From positions 9,812 to 73,811 of the IMG/VR virus record IMGVR_UViG_3300029267_002158: 64,000 nt of DNA, one strand, 5' to 3'. The position numbers and the translations under genes are program-made. The notes beneath the pieces were generated by a model that was not told the DNA's origin, ran no database searches, and worked only from the letters and a program-made list of their open reading frames with translations. Origin of the DNA: a virus. Below are positions 1 to 7,619 of the stretch, one piece after another (within the stretch, counting starts at the first letter, position 1; every line of letters starts with the position of its first letter).

Positions 1-236
1 CTTGTAAAAAGGATAGCGTTATTTACGGTCACTGCCACAAGGGCAATCACTACAGCGATAAGGTGCTGAATGCTTTTCTTAAATAGCGCCCTGAATGCAA
101 TCCATGCCATTAACGCCAAGCCAACCATGTATAGAGATGTGTTCGCCCACGACGATGCTATGTTGTTCCTCAGAATGGCTCCGGCGATAATGTACGCCGG
201 AGCCATTGCACTCGCTACGTAACCAATGTAGGTCAT
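1..236 (-). CDS. Membrane protein, partial (runs off window)
   Basis: ATG at 236 overlaps upstream TGA (ATGA); open frame MTYIGYVASAMAPAYIIAGAIL... with about 3 hydrophobic segments. Confidence 0.65.
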   Translation of the reverse strand, partial: MTYIGYVASAMAPAYIIAGAILRNNIASSWANTSLYMVGLALMAWIAFRALFKKSIQHLIAVVIALVAVTVNNAILFT

Positions 237-847
237 TTCACTGTCTCCAGGAGCCACTTTCTAGTTACCGTCTTGGCGACATCTTCGTCAACTATATCTC
301 TGTCCACCCAAGAAGCAACAGCCCCCTGGACAAACTGCTTACCCGTAGCGTCGTCAGGAACCTCAGGAGCTTTGACCTGAACCTTATTTATTGCTACTAA
401 CAGCTCTTTCGGAACAAGCCTGCCCTCGATATAGCTATGAGTAGCGGTCCGGATCTGGACTCGCGCAAACCCAAGCCGCCGGCCAAGCCACGTCGAGGTG
501 TCCTCAAGACCAGCATTGATGTGTCCTATCTGATCACGGGTCGTCTTGATTACGAACAGCCCGTGACGCTTGAAGAAAACACCATTCCCATTCGTGTCCC
601 GACACACAGCAAACCATTCGTGATTCCACTTTATCAGCTCGATGATTACGTGTGCGAGCGGATACATATTTAGGAGCAACAGTGCTATCAGGCGAGGGTA
701 GGAGAATTTGTCGATAAGCGCAAAAGTAGTTACTGTGATTATCGTCCCCCACCAGATACCGTCACTTACCTCAGGCAGTATTTCATACCAGTGGCGACGG
801 GTGGCGTATACAGTTTTGTATCCCAGTGGCGACGGGAATCTTTTCAT
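233..847 (-). CDS. Membrane protein with bacterial PH-like domain
   Basis: Two N-terminal TM segments, then RHGLF...WLGRRLGFARVQIRTA, which resembles bPH_2 domains. Confidence 0.55.
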   Translation of the reverse strand: MKRFPSPLGYKTVYATRRHWYEILPEVSDGIWWGTIITVTTFALIDKFSYPRLIALLLLNMYPLAHVIIELIKWNHEWFAVCRDTNGNGVFFKRHGLFVIKTTRDQIGHINAGLEDTSTWLGRRLGFARVQIRTATHSYIEGRLVPKELLVAINKVQVKAPEVPDDATGKQFVQGAVASWVDRDIVDEDVAKTVTRKWLLETVK

Positions 848-863
848 GCTTGCTTTGCCTTTT

Positions 864-1187
864 CTAAAACGCCGTTAAATAAAAAAGCACATCACTGCTC
901 AAAGTCATCGGTGATAACCATGTTGCGCCGGGTATCAAAATCTTCCCGGCGTCGTTCAACCTTATCAGCCCTTCTTGCTCCAAAATCCTGATGTGGTACT
1001 GAACGGTCGATAAGCTGCTGACACCTATAATTCCTGCCAGCACCCGGCGTGGTGGCGAATTTCCATCATTCATTTTCTTGTACCTGATGATTTCCGCCAG
1101 CACCCTTTGCGTCTTTTCTCCGATGCCTCGACTACCTGTCTTTTGGCACGTGCCATTTGACACCAATTGGCCTTTTTGAAAGTCCAT
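864..1187 (-). CDS. LexA-type winged-HTH DNA-binding protein (no peptidase domain)
   Basis: QRVLAEIIRY...GNSPPRRVLAGIIGVSSLSTVQYHIRILEQEGLI matches the LexA N-terminal domain pattern. Confidence 0.75.
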   Translation of the reverse strand: MDFQKGQLVSNGTCQKTGSRGIGEKTQRVLAEIIRYKKMNDGNSPPRRVLAGIIGVSSLSTVQYHIRILEQEGLIRLNDAGKILIPGATWLSPMTLSSDVLFYLTAF

Positions 1188-1467
1188 GATACCCCCTAGC
1201 TAATTTTGTTATCATACCAACCCTCCATAAATTGGTCAAATTACTGATGAGAGAACTTGGGCCAAATTTGTTCCTCTTGAAGCTACTTCTCTTTATCAGC
1301 TCCGTAAGCTCGTCAATGGTGTACGGCCTGTCCTCAGTGACGGCGCGCAGCCACTCAAACATTAACTGCGAGCGTCTGGTTAACTGAAAGTTTGGTAAAG
1401 TGTCGTAATAATCCTCTGGGTAAACGACGAAGAGATCTACATCTTCGTCATCTCTAGTTTCTTCCAT
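1132..1467 (-). CDS. Hypothetical, probable winged-helix protein
   Basis: PYTIDELTELI...LISNLTNLWRVGMITKLARGYH; coupled to neighbouring genes. Confidence 0.55.
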   Translation of the reverse strand: MEETRDDEDVDLFVVYPEDYYDTLPNFQLTRRSQLMFEWLRAVTEDRPYTIDELTELIKRSSFKRNKFGPSSLISNLTNLWRVGMITKLARGYHGLSKRPIGVKWHVPKDR

Positions 1468-1943
1468 ATCGCCCTCGTTGCTAGCGCCACTCCGATAGCA
1501 TCAGCAGCGTGCTCTCCAGGACATCCAGGTGCAAGCCGCAGCGCCCATTCAAACATTGTGATTTTTCCAGCCATTCTATCATTAGTCAGAGCAACCTTCG
1601 CCTGTGCTGGAGCAACCTCTACGACCTGCAATCCCTCATCCCATACAGCGGAGTAGATTATACCGCACACTTTTGCTAACTTGATCGCCGTCTGTGGATT
1701 CCTGCCTGACCACGGCATTTCTATCCCGACCAAAACCTCATCATCAAGCGCCCTGGTGCGGGCTGCAAAATCCCTCGCCCAAATACCGATTTTCTCCATA
1801 CGATACAATAGACTCTCCGCAGCGCTTAACTTCTTTGGAATGCCTCTGGTAAAATCGACCTGGTTACAGGTGATGATTTCATGATCACTTAAGGCGGCGT
1901 ACCCGATGTGAAATGTACCTGTGTCAATGCCTGCAAAAATCAT
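1437..1943 (-). CDS. ruvC: RuvC-family Holliday junction resolvase
   Basis: GIDTG, VGIE, PAQAKVALT and EHAADAIGVA catalytic motifs. Confidence 0.9.
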   Translation of the reverse strand: MIFAGIDTGTFHIGYAALSDHEIITCNQVDFTRGIPKKLSAAESLLYRMEKIGIWARDFAARTRALDDEVLVGIEMPWSGRNPQTAIKLAKVCGIIYSAVWDEGLQVVEVAPAQAKVALTNDRMAGKITMFEWALRLAPGCPGEHAADAIGVALATRAIWKKLEMTKM

Positions 1944-1948
1944 CTCGC

Positions 1949-2152
1949 CTACTTTTCGTATGCAGGCAAGCTAGCAACGGAGTTTACCGAAAGGTGGTAG
2001 CGTTTGTAATTCTCCGCGATCTTTTCCCGATACTCAGATGCGGAAACAGTCTTTATCTTTGCGTCCTCTGCGTTCCATGCGATGATGCTTCGATGAACCT
2101 CGATCACTTCAGGACCATCCAAATCCACAACGTATACATTGTAAATGTACAT
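1949..2152 (-). CDS. Hypothetical protein (frame is open further upstream, beyond 2275)
   Basis: Strong RBS GAGGAGG before ATG at 2152. Confidence 0.55.
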   Translation of the reverse strand: MYIYNVYVVDLDGPEVIEVHRSIIAWNAEDAKIKTVSASEYREKIAENYKRYHLSVNSVASLPAYEK

Positions 2153-2371
2153 GCAGACCTCCTCTTTTTTCTTTTTCACTTCTTCAGTCGTGTTGCTATA
2201 ATAGCTGCAACTTGAAAAGTCATAAAATTTTCTGTCGCTATATGCCTTAAGACGAAGCAATTTACTATCCTCCAACGTTTCAGATATTAAGGCTTTGCCG
2301 CGATGCCTCCTTTCAGAATCTTCTATGCAAACTAATGATCAGTAGAAAATACTTTCTGTGCTCATGCTAGT

Positions 2372-2400
2372 ATTATACATCAGTCGAACGTTCTTGTCAA
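2372..2400 (-). promoter_or_regulatory. sigma70-type promoter (leftward)
   Basis: TTGACA-N17-TATAAT perfect consensus. Confidence 0.85.
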
Positions 2401-2450
2401 TAGCAATTTTCCTTCCAACCTTAAAATTTTGTGCAAATTCGCATTTTTAC

Positions 2451-2479
2451 TTGACGCCATGCGCGATCTGTGGTAGAAT
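2451..2479 (+). promoter_or_regulatory. sigma70-type promoter (rightward, drives structured RNA)
   Basis: TTGACG-N17-TAGAAT with extended -10 TG. Confidence 0.75.
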
Positions 2480-2485
2480 ATTGTC

Positions 2486-2894
2486 ACATCAGACATCCGG
2501 GATAGCGGCCTGGAAGAAAAAGTAAGTGAAATACAATTGGCAATAATGCTGGGGTGAAAATGTTAAGGCGGGATTCTAAGAAAAAATGATTGAAAAAACT
2601 TTTCCACAGCGAGCTCTGCACAAAAATCAAATTCGTCGTAGTATTCAATTGCGCCCATTACGACGAGCCGTATCAGGATCATTTTTTCTGCTTTTTCCGC
2701 TTTCTGCGTTTTTGCCTAACATTGCTGCTGTGCGGATTGTATTTCACGTAGTGCTTCTGTCCGATGTGCGTCGCGTAGCGCGTATCCTGCCAGCTAGCAG
2801 TGATGCTATGCGACACGCAGGGCTCGCGGTGGAAGAGTTTTTTCAATCTGGAAGCCCGTCCTTGCTTTCTTCGCAAGGGCGGGTTTTTTGTTTT
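2486..2894 (+). ncRNA. Candidate structured ncRNA or attenuator leader
   Basis: Long imperfect inverted repeats 2526-2591/2677-2747 and 2588-2619/2817-2848 with G-U-type differences; bounded by promoter and terminator. Confidence 0.6.
2852..2894 (+). terminator. Intrinsic terminator
   Basis: AAGCCCGTCCTTGC-loop-GCAAGGGCGGGTT followed by T-rich run. Confidence 0.8.
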
Positions 2895-3243
2895 CCTGAG
2901 GTAACTTCATAGCACTAATGCCCAGCCTCGTCGCTGGCCTCAGAGCGACAGGCACTAGATGGCCCGAAGGGAAGTCGCCAATAAATACCGTTGCCATCTA
3001 CCCGACCCCTCTTTGCGCGGGGCAAATGCAATACCAGGCGTTCCGAGAACCGCTGCTGATTCAAGTGGAAAGCGGTGGCGATGTGCAGATATAATCGGGA
3101 AACCGAGTGGTTATATAGGAACCGGGGCCATGTTTGCGAAACTGCATGTGAGTAGGATAACCCCATGCTGTCAGCAAGTTGTCCTTACTAGTGGCGGATA
3201 AAGGTCTAAATTGACTTTGGCCTTATGGTATTTTTGCGCCTAT

Positions 3244-3272
3244 TTGACAAAACTATCAATGAATGTTATAAT
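3244..3272 (+). promoter_or_regulatory. sigma70-type promoter
   Basis: TTGACA-N17-TATAAT with extended TG, then RBS AAGGAGG. Confidence 0.85.
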
Positions 3273-3289
3273 AATAGAAAGGAGGTTCT

Positions 3290-3523
3290 ATGGAAACTAA
3301 ACGCAATTTACTGAAAGAAACCGTTGAGTTAGTGGCGGCATTGAAAGACGACAAAACACCGGTAGGCATTCCTTACCTCATTGAGGTGTTCAGGTTGCTG
3401 GCCGCCAGAATTGTTGTTTTTGAGATGTACTTGTTGCGGATGAGCATTGAGATAGACATCGGCAACGAGAAGGAGTTCAAAGAAGTAGCACTTGAAATGT
3501 GCAGTAAAATGAAAGGGGTATGA
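3290..3523 (+). CDS. Hypothetical protein
   Basis: Strong RBS, first gene after promoter. Confidence 0.75.
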   Translation: METKRNLLKETVELVAALKDDKTPVGIPYLIEVFRLLAARIVVFEMYLLRMSIEIDIGNEKEFKEVALEMCSKMKGV

Positions 3524-3718
3524 ATGACATTGAATGCGGTAACTGACTTGAAAAAGGTAAAACCAGAATCGCGTGAAACTTGCGCGACGTGCAGATGGTT
3601 CAGAGACAAGCCTGGATACTTATCGGTGTGGTGTTTAAGACCTGGTGGCCCTGGCTGGTTAAAAAAGGAGAAGGAGGAGTTTCAACACGTGTGCAGTAAT
3701 TACAGGAGGAGGAAATGA
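3524..3718 (+). CDS. Small Cys-rich hypothetical protein
   Basis: CxxC...C...C pattern; coupled to neighbours. Confidence 0.65.
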   Translation: MTLNAVTDLKKVKPESRETCATCRWFRDKPGYLSVWCLRPGGPGWLKKEKEEFQHVCSNYRRRK

Positions 3719-4113
3719 TTGCAGAAGTGACTGTCAAGGCGGGGCTCAATACCCTTAACGGATTTACAGTTAAGGGAAATTTCTCAAAGATGGTGTCAAT
3801 GAACGAGCACATGAGTTCTCAAATAATCTGGCGCGCCGGCTCTGCGCCGGCAACAGTCTTTGTTGGCGGGCTGACCATAAAGGCAAATAGCGTCATCTTT
3901 TTTCGTGACGTCACAAGCAAGAAAGGGCAAATAATTGTTGATGCAAAAAGTACAAGGGGGCACTTTAACCATAGTGAGAATGTGATGTACAAGGTGTCCT
4001 TTCCTGGATCTAGGATATGGATTGAAGGGGAAGCTGAGCCTACTATCCAGACGACATCTGGAACTGATGCGATTGTTACGTGCAGAACGGCGAATCTGGG
4101 AGGCGCGCTTTGA
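3715..4113 (+). CDS. Hypothetical protein
   Basis: RBS AGGAGGAGG, ATGA overlap. Confidence 0.7.
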   Translation: MIAEVTVKAGLNTLNGFTVKGNFSKMVSMNEHMSSQIIWRAGSAPATVFVGGLTIKANSVIFFRDVTSKKGQIIVDAKSTRGHFNHSENVMYKVSFPGSRIWIEGEAEPTIQTTSGTDAIVTCRTANLGGAL

Positions 4114-4589
4114 AAGTATACATAGCAGGCCCGTACACCGGTGATTCTGAACAAGAGACACTTGAGAATGTAGAGTTAGCAATTTTCATTGCAGAAAGAC
4201 TTCTCTTGTTAGGGCACCAACCATTCATCCCCCACCTGTACCATTACTGGCACGAAGTCTATCATCATTCTTATAGGCAATGGATGCAGTTGCGCCTTTC
4301 GTGGCTGAAAGAATGCGACGCAATGGTTTGCCCTCCAGGGGATTCACGCGAGGTCGATGAAGAGATCCAATTCGCAAAGAAGAATGACATCAATATCATA
4401 CGGGATATGAAATTTGCACTAGATCTAGATGTTGACGCCAAGACATTTGAGGAGTCCAGGCCGACGGAGTCCAGTTCTGGACAAGCCGCAGTGAATGACT
4501 TTCTTGATTTCCTCGACAAGTACCGTCACGGGTATTTTACACCGCTATTTTACGAAGAGGTTGAAAAGCTAAGGAGTTCAGTATGCTGA
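4110..4589 (+). CDS. Nucleoside 2-deoxyribosyltransferase-like protein (DUF4406/DUF1937-type)
   Basis: KVYIAGPYTG...GHQPFIPH...WLKECDAM...S..V..EI..A; TTG start at 4110 with GGGAGG. Confidence 0.75.
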   Translation: MKVYIAGPYTGDSEQETLENVELAIFIAERLLLLGHQPFIPHLYHYWHEVYHHSYRQWMQLRLSWLKECDAMVCPPGDSREVDEEIQFAKKNDINIIRDMKFALDLDVDAKTFEESRPTESSSGQAAVNDFLDFLDKYRHGYFTPLFYEEVEKLRSSVC

Positions 4590-4975
4590 AGAGCTTAATC
4601 CTAATCGGAGCCGCGACATTCTACATTGGTTCATCAAGCGCGCCGTTGTATTGCGACCAATTTTTCCCCAAAGAAACGCTGACCTATGGCTCTGTGGAAG
4701 AGCCGTGGATTGCGTTAGATGTTGGCATGTATGAGGAAGGCAGCGTGCTTCCAGGAGACGAGATTCTTGTCTCGTTCAACGACAGTGGCAAGCAGGAGGT
4801 GTTCAAGGCCCTTGATGCCGGCCTGTTGTCCGGAAACAAGGTGGACCTCGATATGGATGGCAAGAGGGACACGCCAATAGTTATAGACATCCCAGAAAGA
4901 TTCAAACCAGATGAAAATATGAGCTGGGGTGTTGTAGTCGTCAACCTCTCAGCCTTGAAGAGGATGTTTGAGTGA
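4583..4975 (+). CDS. 3D / double-psi beta-barrel-like protein, possible cell-wall enzyme
   Basis: ATFY...WIALD...GDEILV...ALDAG...VIDIP (three spaced Asp motifs); hydrophobic N-terminus. Confidence 0.45.
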   Translation: MLKSLILIGAATFYIGSSSAPLYCDQFFPKETLTYGSVEEPWIALDVGMYEEGSVLPGDEILVSFNDSGKQEVFKALDAGLLSGNKVDLDMDGKRDTPIVIDIPERFKPDENMSWGVVVVNLSALKRMFE

Positions 4976-5373
4976 AAAGAGTAGACCCAACACCATTCAA
5001 AAAAGAAGGGTTAATGATGCCGGATATGAAGGTTGATTTCCACGAGTGGCGCATGGGGCTAAAGCGCCACTTGATGAGAAGGGACAAGGTGTGCAGGTCG
5101 TGCGGCGGGCCGTTCGGCAACGGTATACATATGCACGAGGGGATATTCTCTCGCGTACAAGTTGTTGGCTGGCCCAGGAAATGGAGAGTGCTCATTCACT
5201 GCGAGCTAAATTGCGTTCTCCTGCACCCAAATTGCAATCTTGGGCGGCATGGAATGTCTCCTCCGCCCAGGGAGCAAGTATGGAATGAGCACTGTGAGAT
5301 GTACGGCAGTGATGTCATGATGTCGTGGGTATCGTCTTTGCCGTTCAAGTATTTTCCAGCATGGATACGATAG
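4972..5373 (+). CDS. HNH-like endonuclease
   Basis: RDKVCRSCG...HMHE...NCVLLHPNCN; immediately upstream of terminase genes. Confidence 0.6.
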   Translation: MKRVDPTPFKKEGLMMPDMKVDFHEWRMGLKRHLMRRDKVCRSCGGPFGNGIHMHEGIFSRVQVVGWPRKWRVLIHCELNCVLLHPNCNLGRHGMSPPPREQVWNEHCEMYGSDVMMSWVSSLPFKYFPAWIR

Positions 5374-5413
5374 AATGAATGTTGGAGCAAAGAGTTTGCA
5401 TTGTGCGCGAGCG

Positions 5414-5443
5414 TTGACAATTTGCTAATAATTGTGATATAAT
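5414..5443 (+). promoter_or_regulatory. sigma70-type promoter, probably leaderless transcript
   Basis: TTGACA-N18-TATAAT with extended TG; ATG begins 7 nt after the -10 box, no RBS. Confidence 0.75.
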
Positions 5444-5449
5444 TTGTTC

Positions 5450-5992
5450 ATGAGCAAGCTGTCAGAACAATGCAAGAAAACTTACGTCGAATTTTGCGCC
5501 AGAGAGAACCGCCTGGTACCCCTAGTGACTTTTGTCGATGCGAGCCTAAACCTAATTGGTCGGCAGCTCGAATACGACAGAGTCAAGCACTGGTCTCTTG
5601 AAGAGGGGTGGAAAGATGCGGCCTCCCTGGCGCTTCATGGTTCTGAGGAACGCAAGGAGATCCGTTACATTTTGAACCTGGCGTTCTCGTCAGCCATGAA
5701 CGCTGATGACGCAAAGGAGCTGATACAGTACGGCAAAGCGTACCAATACACCCTAGATGAGCTTGTAGATTCAGAGCTTGTTGATGAAATAGAAAGAATG
5801 GAGGGTCTGCGTAGGCACATCAAGTCATTCATAATGGCTAGCGGGAGTGAAATGGGAGGGAATAACCTGGCCGGACTGACAAGGCTCAGCGCCATATTGC
5901 ACAAGCGGTTGATGCCGCTTATTACTATGGAGGGTGAGGGCACCGTTGATCCGGACGCCTTCATTTTAGGCATTGAAGAGACGTATAACTAA
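5450..5992 (+). CDS. Probable terminase small subunit
   Basis: Position directly upstream of TerL; VKHWSLEEGW HTH-like motif. Confidence 0.55.
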   Translation: MSKLSEQCKKTYVEFCARENRLVPLVTFVDASLNLIGRQLEYDRVKHWSLEEGWKDAASLALHGSEERKEIRYILNLAFSSAMNADDAKELIQYGKAYQYTLDELVDSELVDEIERMEGLRRHIKSFIMASGSEMGGNNLAGLTRLSAILHKRLMPLITMEGEGTVDPDAFILGIEETYN

Positions 5993-7619
5993 GAGTCAGC
6001 TAGAAGAACTTAAAAGGTGCAAGGCTGATGTGGTCTATATGGTCAAGAAATATGGATGGCTTCAGCATACGTCACGCGGAGAGATACGCTGGGAGCCATA
6101 CGACTACCAGATTGAGATGCTAGAGTCTCTTCAGAATGGCGACAATATCATAACCCTTAAATCGAGGCAGATAGGTTGCTCATGGACAACCGCAGCATAC
6201 TTAATCTGGCTCATTATTTTCAACCCATCCATAAACTGCATTGTTCTTTCACAGAAAGAGCTTTATGCGGTCAAATTCTTGGAAAAGGCAAAATTCTTTT
6301 TCAATCGCCTTCCAAGATTCTTAAAGCCTAACGTTGTCTCTGATTCAAAGACGCAATTTACCGTGCAGTTTAGAGCAAAAAGACCAGATGGCGATTACAA
6401 GATCGCCAATTCATCTGTTGATTCACTTACCACAACAACAGATACGGGTCGTAGTTTTTCTGCGCGGCTGGTCATTATGGACGAAGCCGCGTTTTTGCCA
6501 AATGGCGAAGACACGTGGAAGGCCGTTAAGCCAACAACGACACACGGCGGCCAGATAGCTGTAATCTCGACACCGAACCGTATAAACTGGTTTCATACAC
6601 TGTGGGCAAAGGCCGAGGCTGGAGAATCACTTACCTTTAAGCCCATCATCGCCTATTACAGAGATTGCGGCTTTGACGACGAATGGTTGGCAAAAGTCAC
6701 TGATGGAATGTCAGTGACAGACATTCTCCAGGAATACGAATTGCAGTTCCTGACAAGTGGCAATCCATTCTTTGATCTGAACAAACTCGCCCTTTGCTAC
6801 TACGATACTGACGAGTTGGGTAAGATTGTTGACGCAGATGGCAAAAGCCTTAATGTCAAGACGTATATCAACTTCACGGGCGTGGACCCGTCAGAGGGGG
6901 CAGGAGACTATCATTCAATTGTATCTCTTAACCAGCACGGGGTGCAATTAGACGCTTGGCATTCTAAAGATACAAGCCTTGAAGATTTCTCCGGCTACAC
7001 AATGACACTGCCTGATGGCAGTCGTGTGGAAGTGGAGGGAAGGACCTCTAAATGGCACAGGATGTATCCTGGATATATGGTCATCGAGCAAAATAACTCC
7101 GGTCAGACGGTGTACTCTCGTCATATAACGCCAGACGATGATAGAAGCATCACCATTTCCAGAAAAACAACCGGCGGCACAGCGGGGGCAGGTTCCAAGA
7201 TGAGGATTTTAAACCTTCTGAAGTTGGCCGTTGCTGGAAGGCAGATCTACATCACCGACCTATTCACATACCGGTGTATGCAATCATTCGAGAGCAAACA
7301 AGGCGGTCAAAAGGCCGAGGCTGCTGACGGGGCGTATGACGATCCGGTTATGGCGCTTGCTCATTCGTATGCGGAGCTATATAAGTATGGCGGCTACGTC
7401 ATAGAGATGCCAGAGAGGACAGTTGGCGGGCAGAGAATGGTGGCTTTGCGGAAAGAGGACGATTTATCCATAGATGAGCTAGCATCAGCGATACACGTTG
7501 ATGGTGGCGTCATAGATGGACCTATATTAGATGAAAGCCCAGGTGGTAGGAGATTTGTTGATGAGCGAGATAGGCGTTTGCGCCCGCCCAGGGTGTCAGA
7601 ACGAATTGAAAACTGGTAG
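5973..7619 (+). CDS. terL: Terminase large subunit
   Basis: PYDYQ, LKSRQIGCS (Walker A), VIMDEAAF (Walker B), ISTPN, GVDP, DDPVMA. Confidence 0.95.
   Translation: MKRRITKSQLEELKRCKADVVYMVKKYGWLQHTSRGEIRWEPYDYQIEMLESLQNGDNIITLKSRQIGCSWTTAAYLIWLIIFNPSINCIVLSQKELYAVKFLEKAKFFFNRLPRFLKPNVVSDSKTQFTVQFRAKRPDGDYKIANSSVDSLTTTTDTGRSFSARLVIMDEAAFLPNGEDTWKAVKPTTTHGGQIAVISTPNRINWFHTLWAKAEAGESLTFKPIIAYYRDCGFDDEWLAKVTDGMSVTDILQEYELQFLTSGNPFFDLNKLALCYYDTDELGKIVDADGKSLNVKTYINFTGVDPSEGAGDYHSIVSLNQHGVQLDAWHSKDTSLEDFSGYTMTLPDGSRVEVEGRTSKWHRMYPGYMVIEQNNSGQTVYSRHITPDDDRSITISRKTTGGTAGAGSKMRILNLLKLAVAGRQIYITDLFTYRCMQSFESKQGGQKAEAADGAYDDPVMALAHSYAELYKYGGYVIEMPERTVGGQRMVALRKEDDLSIDELASAIHVDGGVIDGPILDESPGGRRFVDERDRRLRPPRVSERIENW

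Noticed and set aside
2586-2912. 108-aa ORF in the intergenic region
   Set aside because: No clear RBS, runs through a terminator, and the sequence is better explained by RNA helices
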